64,000 bases of DNA from assembly GCA_965203925.1 (NCBI GenBank), contig OZ241924.1:906559-970558 (forward strand), given 5' to 3'. This stretch comes from Bryobacterales bacterium. GTDB taxonomy: Bacteria; Acidobacteriota; Terriglobia; Bryobacterales; UBA6623. The notes below the pieces were generated by a model. It had not been told where the DNA came from and did no database searches. It was given only the letters and a program-made list of their open reading frames with translations. The translations under genes were made by a program, and so were the position numbers. How positions within the stretch are numbered: position 1 is the stretch's first letter; every line of letters begins with the position of its first letter. This document shows, piece after piece, positions 9,489 through 20,075 of the stretch.

Positions 9489-12400
9489 ATGCGCATTGCA
9501 ACCACCCTTGCAGCCGTAACACTGGCCGCAATCCTTGTGCCCGCCTCGGGACTGGCACAAACAGCGTTCGGGACGATCGTCGGGAATGTGACGGACGAGA
9601 CCGGAGCGGTCATTCCAGGGGTCACCGTGACCGTCACCAATGAAGGCACGGGCACGGTCCGCACGGTCAGCTCAAACGAGCTGGGCGGCTACACCGTGGT
9701 GTCCCTGCAGCCGGCGGTCTACACGGTGGAGGGCGAACTTTCGGGCTTCAGCACAGCGCAGCAAACGGGTGTGCGCCTAGAGGTGAATCAGACCCTCCGG
9801 GTGGACCTGTCCATGCGTATCGGCCAAGTTACCGAGGTCATCGAGGTCACTGCCGCTCTGCCCCAACTGCAGACCGACAGTTCGACCGTCGCGTCCACCG
9901 TTGACAATCAGAAGGTCGTCGAATTGCCCTTGAACGGGCGCAGCTTCACGCAGCTGACGATCCTGATGCCTGGAGCCGTGGCCGGAGCGGGCGCGCTCAC
10001 GGCGTTCCAGACCAGCGGGACTCCCGTCTCCGTGAGCGGCCTCCGAAGTGAGGCGAACAACTACACCCTTGACGGAGTCAACAACAACGAATCCTTCTTC
10101 AAGACCTACGGCGTGCAGCCGTCGATCGACGCAATCCAGGAGTTCCGCATCCAGACGAACATCACGTCTGCGGAATTCGGAACGGCGGCTGGCGCGAATG
10201 TCAACATCGTCACCAAGTCCGGCACGAACGAAGTCCACGGCACGGTGTTCGAGTTCGTGCGAAACGACAACTTCGACGCACCGGGCTACTTTGCGCAGCG
10301 CGCCGGAACCGAGCAGCCGGAGTTCCGCCAGAACCAGTTCGGCACGACGGTGGGCGGACCCATCGTCAAGAACCGCACGTTCTTCTTCTTCGGCTACGAG
10401 GGCCAGAGGCGCAGCCTGGAGTCGACCCTGCTCAACGTTGTCCCGACCCAGGAGATGTTCGGCGGCGACATCTCGCGGGACGTGGTGGGCAATCCCGCGC
10501 CGCAGGCCTTCGATCCGCTGACGACGCGCGTGCTTGACGACGGTTCGCTGGCCCGCGATCCGCTCCCCAACAACATGGTGCCCGCAAGCCGCATGAATGC
10601 CTCGACGAGGCAGTTGCGGGAGATCCTCTGGTCGGCGCCGAACCTTTCTGGCCGCGACCTGAACCTGCTCAACACCAAGCCGTCCCGCATCGACAACAAC
10701 CAGTGGATGGGCAAGGTCGACCACCGCTTCAGCGACAAGAACATCCTCACAGGGCGCTACAACCTCAACGATTCCGTAAGCCCCAGGCCCACTGCGCACC
10801 TGACCGTCGACAACAACCTGGTGAACACCTTCACCAACATCATGGTCAGCGACACGCACACCCTAAACCCGACAACCATCCTCGACGTGAAGCTCGGCTA
10901 CCACCGCAACAACCTGCAGATCGCCGACAGCGCCCCCGGCGGGGCGGACGGCATCGCCAGCTTCATCAATGGCAACGGCATCCAGGGCATTCCCATCCTC
11001 AAGAGCGAGGCTGTCCCCCTCTATCCGCAATGGAGCATCGCCGGCTTTGCGAGCCCGAGCCAGACGGGCTTTCCGTTCCCCGACGATACCTACAGCGCCG
11101 TGGCCAGCATGACCAAGATCATGGGCAATCACAGCATCAAGGTGGGCTTCGAGTTCAAACACAACCGCAACCTGGACGACGGCTACTTCACCGGCAACAT
11201 GACGTTCAACAAGCGGCCGACCGAAGACCCCCAAAACGCCGAGGCGACGGGCTCCGCCGTGGCTGCCTACCTGCTCGGGCTGCCAAACACCGCCCAGCGC
11301 AACATCGGCCGAGGCACGACCGCGATCATGCGTAAGGAGGACTACAGCTTCTACTTTCAGGACGACTGGAAAGTCACCCCGAACCTCACGCTCAACCTGG
11401 GAATGCGGTATGACCTGATCGAGTACCCCAAGCACCGCGACGATCTGCTCGCATCCATCGACATCGAGACGGGCCAGTTCCTCTGGGACGGCGTCAATCC
11501 CGTCACAGGCGAGCCGCCGAACGCGCGGCGCGGCATTGTCGAGCCGGACTACAACAACTTCGCGCCGAGGGCCGGGCTGGCGTACCGCATCGGCGAGAAG
11601 TCGACAATCCGGGCCGGCTACGGAGTCTTCTACATGACGAACTTCCTGTGGGAGGCCCAAGGGATCAGGGGCAATTGGCCGTTCGCGATCAGCGAGACGC
11701 TCTCCAACCTCAATGAACGGACCGATCTCTCCTACGTCGAGACAGCCTTCAGCCCTCAGATCGAGATCGAGAGGGGCAGCACGGTCGCGCCGCGCGCCCA
11801 GCACATCGTCAACCGCAACAACCGCATCAGCCACACCCAGCAGTGGAACCTGCACGTGCAGCACCAGCTGACCGAATCGCTGATGGTGGAACTGGGCTAT
11901 GTCGGCACGAAGGGGGGCGACATGTCCTCATTCATCAACACCAACACCGCGCCGCCGGGGCCGGGAGCGGTCGATCCCAGGCGTCCCTACCCGGAGTACG
12001 GGGCGGTCAGCATCATGACAAACGAGGCCACGTCCAATTATCACGGACTGCAGTTCAAGGCAGAAAAGCGCTTTTCCGACGGCCTTTCATTCCGTACGAA
12101 CTATGCATGGGGCAAGACGATCGACACGATGGGGGCCGGATTCTCGGCCAGCAGGAGCCCCCAGAACCCGCTCGATCCCGAAGCCGACCGCGCGATATCG
12201 GACCTGCACCGCTCTCACATATTCACGGCGGACTACATTTGGGAGCTGCCTTTCGGGCGCGGCCGGAAGTTCGGCTCCAACCTCAGCCCTGTGGCCGGGG
12301 CGATCTTGGGTGGCTGGCAGCTGACCGGCGTGGTGACTGCCAACACCGGATCACCCATCAACGTCGGGATTCCGCGGGACATCGCGAACATCGGGCCTCG

Positions 12401-12761
12401 TGTACAGGCCCAGCGCCCGGATCTGGTTGGAGATCCGCTTGCGGGCGTCAGCGGCGCGCCCGAACAGTTCCTCAACAAGGCGGCGTTCGCGGAACCGGCC
12501 CCCTACACATTCGGAAACGCCGGCCGGAACATCGTGACAGGACCGTCCCTGTTCCAAATGGATTTCGGGCTCTATAAGAACTTCCGAATAACCGAGACGG
12601 TGGGTCTGCAGGTCCGGTCGGAGTACTTCAACTTGTTCAACAACGTGAACTTCGGCGCTCCCAACGCGAACTTCGACTCACCGGCCTTCGGGACGATCGG
12701 AGCGCTGGCTGCAGGGCAGACCGCGCGCCAGATCCAGATGGGCGTGAAACTGCTGTTCTAG
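9489..12761 (+). CDS. TonB-dependent outer-membrane receptor with CarboxypepD_reg-like N-domain
   Basis: Signal peptide MRIATTLAAVTLAAILVPASGLAQ, then GTIVGNVTDETGAVIPGVTVTVTNEGTG (carboxypeptidase-regulatory fold), plug-like VVELPLNGRSFTQL, and a long barrel ending QIQMGVKLLF. GGAGGAG sits 8 nt before ATG 9489; ATG 9474 is an alternative start. Confidence 0.85.
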   Translation: MRIATTLAAVTLAAILVPASGLAQTAFGTIVGNVTDETGAVIPGVTVTVTNEGTGTVRTVSSNELGGYTVVSLQPAVYTVEGELSGFSTAQQTGVRLEVNQTLRVDLSMRIGQVTEVIEVTAALPQLQTDSSTVASTVDNQKVVELPLNGRSFTQLTILMPGAVAGAGALTAFQTSGTPVSVSGLRSEANNYTLDGVNNNESFFKTYGVQPSIDAIQEFRIQTNITSAEFGTAAGANVNIVTKSGTNEVHGTVFEFVRNDNFDAPGYFAQRAGTEQPEFRQNQFGTTVGGPIVKNRTFFFFGYEGQRRSLESTLLNVVPTQEMFGGDISRDVVGNPAPQAFDPLTTRVLDDGSLARDPLPNNMVPASRMNASTRQLREILWSAPNLSGRDLNLLNTKPSRIDNNQWMGKVDHRFSDKNILTGRYNLNDSVSPRPTAHLTVDNNLVNTFTNIMVSDTHTLNPTTILDVKLGYHRNNLQIADSAPGGADGIASFINGNGIQGIPILKSEAVPLYPQWSIAGFASPSQTGFPFPDDTYSAVASMTKIMGNHSIKVGFEFKHNRNLDDGYFTGNMTFNKRPTEDPQNAEATGSAVAAYLLGLPNTAQRNIGRGTTAIMRKEDYSFYFQDDWKVTPNLTLNLGMRYDLIEYPKHRDDLLASIDIETGQFLWDGVNPVTGEPPNARRGIVEPDYNNFAPRAGLAYRIGEKSTIRAGYGVFYMTNFLWEAQGIRGNWPFAISETLSNLNERTDLSYVETAFSPQIEIERGSTVAPRAQHIVNRNNRISHTQQWNLHVQHQLTESLMVELGYVGTKGGDMSSFINTNTAPPGPGAVDPRRPYPEYGAVSIMTNEATSNYHGLQFKAEKRFSDGLSFRTNYAWGKTIDTMGAGFSASRSPQNPLDPEADRAISDLHRSHIFTADYIWELPFGRGRKFGSNLSPVAGAILGGWQLTGVVTANTGSPINVGIPRDIANIGPRVQAQRPDLVGDPLAGVSGAPEQFLNKAAFAEPAPYTFGNAGRNIVTGPSLFQMDFGLYKNFRITETVGLQVRSEYFNLFNNVNFGAPNANFDSPAFGTIGALAAGQTARQIQMGVKLLF

Positions 12762-12794
12762 ACCGATTGTGGCGGTCTTGGCCAAGAACAGCCG

Positions 12795-13604
12795 TTGACC
12801 CGAGCACGCAAGATCGGAGTCCGGGCCCTTGGCCCGTGCTTCGATCTTCGTGTCCGGGTCGTCGTGTGGGCCTGCCTCGCTGCCGTGCCGGGCGCGGCGC
12901 AACTGGAATTCCAGTACCAGTTCGGCAGACTCACGAATCCATTCTCTGGGGGCCGGGAGTACACCTCGATCCTGACCGTCCAGCACGCCACGCAATGGAA
13001 GCTGGGCGACAGCTTCTTCTTCATCGACTTCATGGACGATGCCGCTGTGGACGGCTTCAACGACAAGGATGCCTACGGGGAGTGGTACCCGACTATCAGC
13101 CTCGGAAAGCTCTCGGGCCGCCAATTCAAGGCGGGACCGCTCCGCGACTTGGCCCTGATCGGCGGCCTCAACTTCGGAGCGGATCCCAACGTGCTCAAGA
13201 TCCTTCCGGGCGTGAGGGCCTCGTGGCAAGTGCCGGGCTTCATCTTCCTGAACACCGACTTCGCCGCGTTCATTGACTCAAGCGGCGGCATCGCGAGCGG
13301 CGGTGCGCCGAGCACGGGCAACAGCTTCATGGTCGACGTCAACTGGCTGTTGCCCATCTCGCTCGCGGGCCAGTCCTTCGCATTCACGGGCCATGCGGAA
13401 TACATAGGGCGGACGACCGACGAACTGGGCAACACCGTACGGGGATGGATCTTGGCACAGCCCCAGTTCAGGTGGGACTTGGGCGGAGCGCTGGGTGCTC
13501 CGAACAGGTTCTTCGCCGGGATCGAGTACCAGTATTGGCGCAACAAGCTTGGGACGCGAAACCATGACAACGTCGTCCAGCTGCTTTTGGTGTGGCAGCT
13601 CTGA
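12795..13604 (+). CDS. Tsx/OmpK-like small beta-barrel outer-membrane channel
   Basis: Signal-like N-terminus. Alternating beta pattern, QLEFQYQFGR...TVQHATQWKLGDSFFFIDF and IEYQYWRNKLG resemble the Tsx/OmpK (DUF5020-like) family. Starts 34 nt after the TonB receptor stop. Confidence 0.55.
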   Translation: MTRARKIGVRALGPCFDLRVRVVVWACLAAVPGAAQLEFQYQFGRLTNPFSGGREYTSILTVQHATQWKLGDSFFFIDFMDDAAVDGFNDKDAYGEWYPTISLGKLSGRQFKAGPLRDLALIGGLNFGADPNVLKILPGVRASWQVPGFIFLNTDFAAFIDSSGGIASGGAPSTGNSFMVDVNWLLPISLAGQSFAFTGHAEYIGRTTDELGNTVRGWILAQPQFRWDLGGALGAPNRFFAGIEYQYWRNKLGTRNHDNVVQLLLVWQL

Positions 13605-13734
13605 CGGCCAAGAAATGGGGCGTCTACCCCGAGGCTGTGGCCGAGTCATGCCGACCGGCCCGGTACTCTGACGAAGGCACGCATCGGCCGCAGTCCGCTT
13701 CCGACAGCGATTGACGCCGGGCGGCCCGGGGTTT

Positions 13735-14115
13735 ATGCTGAATCTGGTGCGAGTCAGGCCAAAGGCATCCGTGCTGCTGGCATGCCTACTGGCTTGGTCC
13801 GGCATCTGCCTCTGTTTAGGAGCGGGACTGGACCTGACAGCAGCGCAGGCGAGCCACTGCGGCACCGAGCCGGCGGCCCCCCAGGATCATGAAGGGGCCG
13901 CCTGCGAGCCGGGTTGCAGCGCCGTTCCCGCACTCCAGCTGCGGGGCGAGTCGCAGTCTGGCGAAGCCTTCCCGGGCAGCCTTCAACCGGCAAGCGTCGA
14001 CGTCGTGTCGCGGCCAGTACCCGATTCGACCCGTCCGCAGTCCGACACCGGCTCGCTAGCCACGCACGAGCCCCGGGATCCCCTGTACATCTGGCACTCA
14101 GCCCTGCTCATATAG
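13735..14115 (+). CDS. small secreted Cys/His-containing hypothetical protein upstream of the RND metal-efflux operon
   Basis: Hydrophobic N-terminus VLLACLLAWSGICLCLGAG, then SHCGTEPAAPQDHEGAACEPGCS. No family recognised. Start is ATG 13735 or 13711. Confidence 0.4.
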   Translation: MLNLVRVRPKASVLLACLLAWSGICLCLGAGLDLTAAQASHCGTEPAAPQDHEGAACEPGCSAVPALQLRGESQSGEAFPGSLQPASVDVVSRPVPDSTRPQSDTGSLATHEPRDPLYIWHSALLI

Positions 14116-14303
14116 CACCCGGATAGCGCCCCGCCCAGCCCCCTTGCCGGACGGGGTTTCCAGCCCTCGGCGTTCGGGCATCCACGGCGGGAAGGTCCCG
14201 CCTATGGCCCGACGCGAAACCCTTTCGCGACCGAGCGCGGATTCGCAGCGCGCAGCACAACGCGACCGGCGGTATCCGCTGAACGTGCCAGGAGGAAACG
14301 CAG

Positions 14304-15590
14304 ATGATCATACAGGTGGCCGCAGGCCTCGCCTTGGCCGCGACATTACCGGCGGCCAGCCACTCCACGCACGGCGACGAGCGTCTGGCCGAACTCATCA
14401 GGGAGGCGCTGCGCCGCAGCCCGCGCGTGCTCCAGGCCTTCGCCGAGCACCAAGCGGACCGGCACCGGGTACGCCAAGCCGTCGCCATGCCGGATCCGAC
14501 GATTTCGGCGACCGAGTTCGCGCGCACGGTCGAGACGCGTGTCGGACCGCAGCAGAGAATGCTGTCTCTCTCCCAGCCAGTGCCGGGGGTGGGAAAGCGA
14601 ACCGCCAAGGGGCAGCTCGCGGCCAAGGCTGCCGAGGTCTCTGACGAAGTGTACCGAGCAGAGCGGGCCGAGACCGTGCTGCGCGTCAAACTCGCGTACT
14701 ACGAGCTGGGCTATGTCGACAGGGCCCTTGCCGTCAGCGACGAGGAGCAGGCGCTGCTTGGGCATTTCGAGGAAATCGCCAGGAAGCACTACGCGGAAGG
14801 GTCCGGACTCCAAGCGGACGCGCTGAGGCTGCAGGCCCGGATTACGCGCGTTCTTCACACACGTCAGCAGTTCCGAGCCCAGCGGGTGAGCCTCGAGGCG
14901 ACGCTCAACGCCTTACGGGCCACTGCTGCCGACCGCCCCGTCCCGACGGTGCAGCTGCCTGCCCTTCCCAAGCTCGACCTGCGGACAGGGCCGCTGGCCG
15001 CGGCCGGTCACCGCGCGCGCCCAGAGATCCGGGCCGCGCTGCGGCGCATCGAAGAAAGCGAAAAGCGGGCCCACCTCGCGAGAATCCGGCACCGCCCCGA
15101 CTTCAGCGTCGGACTGACGTGGGGTAACGTTCGAGCCCGCGGGGCGCCTGCCGACACGTTGCCGGTCCCCGGCAACGGCAAGGACTCGTACGGCATTTCG
15201 GCAAGTATGACGCTGCCGCTGTTCCGGGGAAAGTACGACGCCGGCGTGAGAGAGGCAGCCGAGCGGCTTGCCGCGGCGCGATTCGCCCACCGGGACACGG
15301 CCGCGGAAATGGAAGCCGAGATTCGCTCGATCTCATACCGGATTCAGGCCATACATCGGCAACTCGACCTGTTCGAGCGTGCGCTCGTGCCACAGGCAGA
15401 GCAGGCCCTGTGGTCCATGGAGGCAGCCTATTCGACCGGGATCATCGACGTGACAGGCCTGCTGGACGTCCACGACACGCTCCTTGATGTGCAGTTGAGC
15501 CTGGCCAGGCTCAAGGCCGACTACCTGATCGCGGTGGCCCAGCTTGAGCGATCCGTCGGGGCGGCCATCCCGGAAGGCGGACAGTCATGA
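14304..15590 (+). CDS. TolC-family outer-membrane efflux protein (CusC/CzcC-like)
   Basis: 428 aa with two OEP-type coiled repeats (LKLAYYELGYVDRAL..., LARLKADYLIAVAQLERSVG). AGGAGG lies 7-8 nt before the ATG. The stop overlaps the next start (ATGA). Confidence 0.85.
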   Translation: MIIQVAAGLALAATLPAASHSTHGDERLAELIREALRRSPRVLQAFAEHQADRHRVRQAVAMPDPTISATEFARTVETRVGPQQRMLSLSQPVPGVGKRTAKGQLAAKAAEVSDEVYRAERAETVLRVKLAYYELGYVDRALAVSDEEQALLGHFEEIARKHYAEGSGLQADALRLQARITRVLHTRQQFRAQRVSLEATLNALRATAADRPVPTVQLPALPKLDLRTGPLAAAGHRARPEIRAALRRIEESEKRAHLARIRHRPDFSVGLTWGNVRARGAPADTLPVPGNGKDSYGISASMTLPLFRGKYDAGVREAAERLAAARFAHRDTAAEMEAEIRSISYRIQAIHRQLDLFERALVPQAEQALWSMEAAYSTGIIDVTGLLDVHDTLLDVQLSLARLKADYLIAVAQLERSVGAAIPEGGQS

Positions 15591-16900
15591 CCTGGCGAAA
15601 GGTGGGCGGCCTAATCGCGGCCTGCACAGCGGCGTTCGGCGGAGCCGTCTTCGTCTGGCAGATGGATGGGCGTCTCGCCCGGTGGCTGCAGGATGACACG
15701 CCCGGCGGTGCCGGCGTGCCAGCTTCGGGGCCGCATTCCTGCAGCATGCACCCCCAAGTCGTCCAAGAAGGCCCCGGCCAATGCCCGATCTGCGGAATGG
15801 ACCTGACTCCCGTCGGTGCCCACCCGGCCACCGAACAGGCGGGGCCGGCGGAAGGAGTGCGGGTGAGCAGCCGTTTCGTGCAGAACTTCGCGGTCCGATC
15901 AACGACCGTCGAACGTGCCGACCTGCGCGTCGTGATTCGCACTGTCGGATACCTAGAGCACGACGAGGGAAGGCTAGTGTCGGTCACCACGAAGGTGGGG
16001 GGGTGGATCGAAGCACCGCGGGTGAACACGGTGGGCGAACAAGTCTCCCAAGGAGACATCCTGTTCGAGATCTACAGCCCGGAACTGGTCACGGCGCAGG
16101 ACGACTTCCTAGCGGCGATTCGTTTCGCCCGTCGCCTCGTGGAGGCGGGCGCCCACAGCGACGCGGTGCAGCGCGCGGAGGCGCTGGTCGACGCGGCGTC
16201 GGAGAGGCTGCGCCGCTGGGATCTCACGACCGGCCAGATAGACGCCTTGCGCACCGCTGGGGCCGCCGTTCGCACCATCGAGGTTCCCTCGCCCGCATCC
16301 GGGTACCTCGTGGGGAAGATGGCCGACTCGTTGGAAGGCATCAGGGCCGCACCTGGCACGAGCATCCTCAAGATCGCCGACCACTCCACGCTTTGGGCAA
16401 GGGTCGAGTTCTATGAGCACCACCTTCGCGACCTGGAGGTTGGACTGGGCGCCGAAATCACCCTAGACGCGTTCCCCAGGCGCACTTGGACCGGAACGCT
16501 GCTCTTCTTCGAGCCGGCGATGAACCCCCAGACGCAGACGCTGACCGGATACGTAGAGGTGCGCAACTCGGACGGTCGGCTGCGCCCGAAGATGCATGCC
16601 ACGGTGGAGATCCGGCTACCTGGAGCGAGGAACGCCCTGACCGTTCCCTCCCAGGCCGTGCTGCGGTCGGGCAAGGACAGAACCGTAGTTGTCGTCGATG
16701 CCGGCGACGGCCTCTTCTCTCCCCGCGAGGTCGTGCTCGGCATCGAGAGCGAAGGAAGGGTCCAAGTGCTGGACGGCCTGCGGGAAGGGGAACGGATCGT
16801 GACGTCGTCCCAGTTCCTGCTCGACTCGGAGAGCAATCTTCAGGCAGCCATTGAAAGGCTGGGCGCGGACACCGTGACGGACCACCGGCACGGCCACTGA
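15587..16900 (+). CDS. RND efflux periplasmic adaptor (CusB/CzcB-like) with N-terminal heavy-metal-binding domain
   Basis: HSCSMHPQVVQEGPGQCPICGMDL matches the YxCPMHP...CPxCGM metal-binding module. The remainder is HlyD-like barrel-sandwich/beta-barrel. Confidence 0.85.
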   Translation: MTWRKVGGLIAACTAAFGGAVFVWQMDGRLARWLQDDTPGGAGVPASGPHSCSMHPQVVQEGPGQCPICGMDLTPVGAHPATEQAGPAEGVRVSSRFVQNFAVRSTTVERADLRVVIRTVGYLEHDEGRLVSVTTKVGGWIEAPRVNTVGEQVSQGDILFEIYSPELVTAQDDFLAAIRFARRLVEAGAHSDAVQRAEALVDAASERLRRWDLTTGQIDALRTAGAAVRTIEVPSPASGYLVGKMADSLEGIRAAPGTSILKIADHSTLWARVEFYEHHLRDLEVGLGAEITLDAFPRRTWTGTLLFFEPAMNPQTQTLTGYVEVRNSDGRLRPKMHATVEIRLPGARNALTVPSQAVLRSGKDRTVVVVDAGDGLFSPREVVLGIESEGRVQVLDGLREGERIVTSSQFLLDSESNLQAAIERLGADTVTDHRHGH

Positions 16901-16916
16901 GAAGGGCGGCCACTCC

Positions 16917-19900
16917 ATGCTCGCGCGAATTGTCGACTGGTCGCTGAGGAACCGGCTGCTCGTCGTGACCGCATCGGCCGCGCTGGCAGTCGCCGGCGCC
17001 TATTCGATCCGTTCCATGCCGCTTGACGCCCTGCCCGACCTGTCAGATGTCCAGGTGGTGGTCTACACCGAATATCCCGGCCAGTCTCCGAGAATCGTCG
17101 AGGACCAGGTCACCTACCCACTGACTACACAGATGCTGGCCGTGCCGTACGCGGAGGCCGTGCGGGGCTACTCCTTCTTCGGATTCTCACTGGTCTACGT
17201 GCTGTTCGAGGACGGCACGGACCTGTACTGGGCCAGAGCCAGGGTGCTAGAGACCTTGGGGCAGGCCGCCGCACTGCTGCCGACGGGCACATCACCAGCC
17301 CTTGGACCCGACGCAACTGGCGTCGGTTGGGCGTACATGTATGCCCTCAAGTCGGATCGCCACGACCTGAGCGAACTGCGCTCGCTCCAGGATTGGTTCC
17401 TGCGGTTTGAGCTGGCCGGCATCCCCGGCGTCGCGGAGGTTGCGACTGTGGGCGGCTACGTCCGCCAATACCAGATCACGATCGACCCGCTCAATCTCAG
17501 GGCACACGGAATCCCGATCTCGCGAATCCGAGAGGCCGTTGAAGGCAGCAACCGGGACGTGGGAGGACGGCTCCTCGAACTGGCCGAGAAGGAGTTCATG
17601 ATCCGCGGACGGGGGTACATCAAGACCGTGGACGACATCCGCAGGGTCTCGCTCGGAACGGACCGGAACGGCACGCCCGTGCGGCTGAGCGACGTGGCGA
17701 CCGTGCAGATAGGCCCCGAGATCCGGCGGGGACTGGCCGAGTGGGATGGCGAGGGTGAGACTGTCGGCGCGATCGTTGTCGTGCGCTACCAAGCGGACAC
17801 GAGGGACGTTGTGCGGCGGGTCAAGAGTCGGCTGGCAGAGCTTGCGCCACAGCTGCCCGAGGGGGTTTCTGTCGAGGTCGCCTACGACCGGACATCCCTG
17901 ATCGAAAGGGTCATCGAGAGCCTGCGTTCGACCCTGACCCAGCAGTTCGTGATCGTTGGGCTGGTCTGCCTGCTGTTCCTGTTCCACGTCCTGAGCGGGC
18001 TCGTCGCCGTCGTGACGATTGTGGTGGGCGTGCTCGTCGCCGGAATCGCGGCCGGCCTGCTGGGAATGCACCTCGACATCATGTCGCTCGGGGGCGTGGC
18101 GGTCGCCGTGGGAACCATGGTGGACGCGGGCATCGTGATGGTGGAGAACGCCCACCAGCACCTCGCCAGACACGGCGGACACATGCCGCGGTGGCGGGTC
18201 GTACGCGACTCGTGCAAAGAGATCGCTCCGACCCTCTTCTTCTCGCTGCTCATCATCACGGTTTCGTTCCTTCCCGTGTTCGCGCTCCAGGAGCACGAGG
18301 GACGCCTATTCCGGCCGCTCGCGTGGACGAAGACTCTGGCGATGGCCAGCGCTGCCGTGCTCTCGGTAACCCTTGTGCCCGTGCTTGTCAGCTTCGCCCT
18401 CCCCAACTACCGCAAGTCCAACGCGCGGGGCAGCCGCAACCCGGCGCGCAGGCTGCTCGTGTGGGCTTACCGGCCTCTGCTGACCGCAGCGATGCGCCAC
18501 CGCATCGCGACCCTGCTGTTTGCAGCGGTGCTGCTGGCCGTCTGCGTCGGAGGCTATGGCGCGCTGGGCTCGGAATTCATGCCACCGCTGTGGGAGGGAG
18601 ACCTGCTCTACATGCCGACGACCCTGCCGGGCATTTCGATCGCCAAGGCCAGAGAATTGGTGCAGCAGACCAACAAGATCATCAGGACTTTTCCCGAGGT
18701 CGAGCACGTGCTCGGAAAGGCTGGGCGAGCCAACACGGCCACGGATCCGGCGCCGCTCTCGATGATCGAGTCCACGATCAGGCTCAAGCGCCGCGACCAG
18801 TGGCGGCCGGGGATGACGCCGGAGAGGCTGGTCGCCGAAATGCAAGAGGCCTTGCAAGTGCCGGGCCTCACCAACGCTTGGACCATGCCGATCAAGACGC
18901 GGCTGGACATGCTTGCGACCGGGATCAGGACTCCCGTCGGGATCAAGATCGCCGGCCCGGACCTGAACGTCCTAGAGCGGCTGGGGACAGAGGTCGAGCG
19001 CGTCGCGCGAGCGGTCCCCGGCACGGTCAGCGCCTACGCGGAACGCGTCATGGGCGGGAATTATCTGGACATCAACATCAATCGCGACACGATCGCCCGT
19101 CACGGACTCCTGATCGACCAAGTTCAGGAGGCGGTGCAAGTGGCGCTGGGCGGCGTCCAGGTCGGCACAACGGTTGAAGGCCTTCAACGATTTCCCGTGA
19201 ATGTCCGGTACCGCCGGGACCTGCGGTCGGATCTGCCCGCGCTGCGCAACGTGCTGGTCACGACCCCGATGGGGCACCACCTCCCGCTGTCGCAGTTGGC
19301 CGATCTGGAATACTCGTCCGGTCCGGCGGTGATCAAGAGCGAAAACGCCAGGCCCAACGCTTGGGTCTACGTGGATGTCGACCCGTCCTTGGACATCGGC
19401 AGCTACCTGACGGCGGCGCGGGAGGCGGTGGGCAGGAGCGTCCGCCTGCCGCCCGGCTACTCGCTCGCGTGGAGCGGGCAGTTCGAGTCGATGCAGAGGG
19501 TCGGAGAGCGGCTCCGGCTGCTAGTCCCGCTCGCGCTGGTGATCGTGTTCTCCGTGCTCCTCATCAGCACTGGCTCGGCGCTCACATCGGCCATCGTCCT
19601 GGGGGGAGTGCCGCTCGCGCTGAGCGGGTCGTTCCTGTCGCTTGCCGTCCTCGGCTACAACCTGAGCATCGCCGTGTGGGTCGGCCTGATCGCCGTCGCA
19701 GGGCTGTACGCCGAGACCGCCATCGTCTTTTGGAAATACCTAGACGTATCCTGCCGAGACCGCCTTGGGCAAGGGGGGACCGGTCAGGCCGCCGACCTCC
19801 TGAGGGCGATCCACGCAGGGGCGGTCGGGCGCGTCCGGCCGATCGCGATGACCGTGGCGACGGACATGCTCGGCCTGATGCCCGTGATGTGGAGTGCAGG

Positions 19901-20075
19901 GGCTGGCGCGGACGTGATGAAACGAATCGCGGCACCGCTCTTCGGCGGCGTCGCAACGTCGGCGATCGTCGTCCTACTCGTGTTTCCCGTCATGTACTAC
20001 TACCGCAACGTCCGCTCCGTGGCCCATCCCGGCACGCACCGCGGGCAGGAAACGTCGAAGGAGGCCGCCAGATGA
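16917..20075 (+). CDS. CusA/CzcA-family heavy-metal efflux RND transporter
   Basis: 1052 aa with the typical N-terminus MLARIVDWSLRNRLLVV and a 12-TM AcrB-like layout. Sits in a C-B-A operon with the adaptor and the OMF. Confidence 0.9.
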   Translation: MLARIVDWSLRNRLLVVTASAALAVAGAYSIRSMPLDALPDLSDVQVVVYTEYPGQSPRIVEDQVTYPLTTQMLAVPYAEAVRGYSFFGFSLVYVLFEDGTDLYWARARVLETLGQAAALLPTGTSPALGPDATGVGWAYMYALKSDRHDLSELRSLQDWFLRFELAGIPGVAEVATVGGYVRQYQITIDPLNLRAHGIPISRIREAVEGSNRDVGGRLLELAEKEFMIRGRGYIKTVDDIRRVSLGTDRNGTPVRLSDVATVQIGPEIRRGLAEWDGEGETVGAIVVVRYQADTRDVVRRVKSRLAELAPQLPEGVSVEVAYDRTSLIERVIESLRSTLTQQFVIVGLVCLLFLFHVLSGLVAVVTIVVGVLVAGIAAGLLGMHLDIMSLGGVAVAVGTMVDAGIVMVENAHQHLARHGGHMPRWRVVRDSCKEIAPTLFFSLLIITVSFLPVFALQEHEGRLFRPLAWTKTLAMASAAVLSVTLVPVLVSFALPNYRKSNARGSRNPARRLLVWAYRPLLTAAMRHRIATLLFAAVLLAVCVGGYGALGSEFMPPLWEGDLLYMPTTLPGISIAKARELVQQTNKIIRTFPEVEHVLGKAGRANTATDPAPLSMIESTIRLKRRDQWRPGMTPERLVAEMQEALQVPGLTNAWTMPIKTRLDMLATGIRTPVGIKIAGPDLNVLERLGTEVERVARAVPGTVSAYAERVMGGNYLDININRDTIARHGLLIDQVQEAVQVALGGVQVGTTVEGLQRFPVNVRYRRDLRSDLPALRNVLVTTPMGHHLPLSQLADLEYSSGPAVIKSENARPNAWVYVDVDPSLDIGSYLTAAREAVGRSVRLPPGYSLAWSGQFESMQRVGERLRLLVPLALVIVFSVLLISTGSALTSAIVLGGVPLALSGSFLSLAVLGYNLSIAVWVGLIAVAGLYAETAIVFWKYLDVSCRDRLGQGGTGQAADLLRAIHAGAVGRVRPIAMTVATDMLGLMPVMWSAGAGADVMKRIAAPLFGGVATSAIVVLLVFPVMYYYRNVRSVAHPGTHRGQETSKEAAR

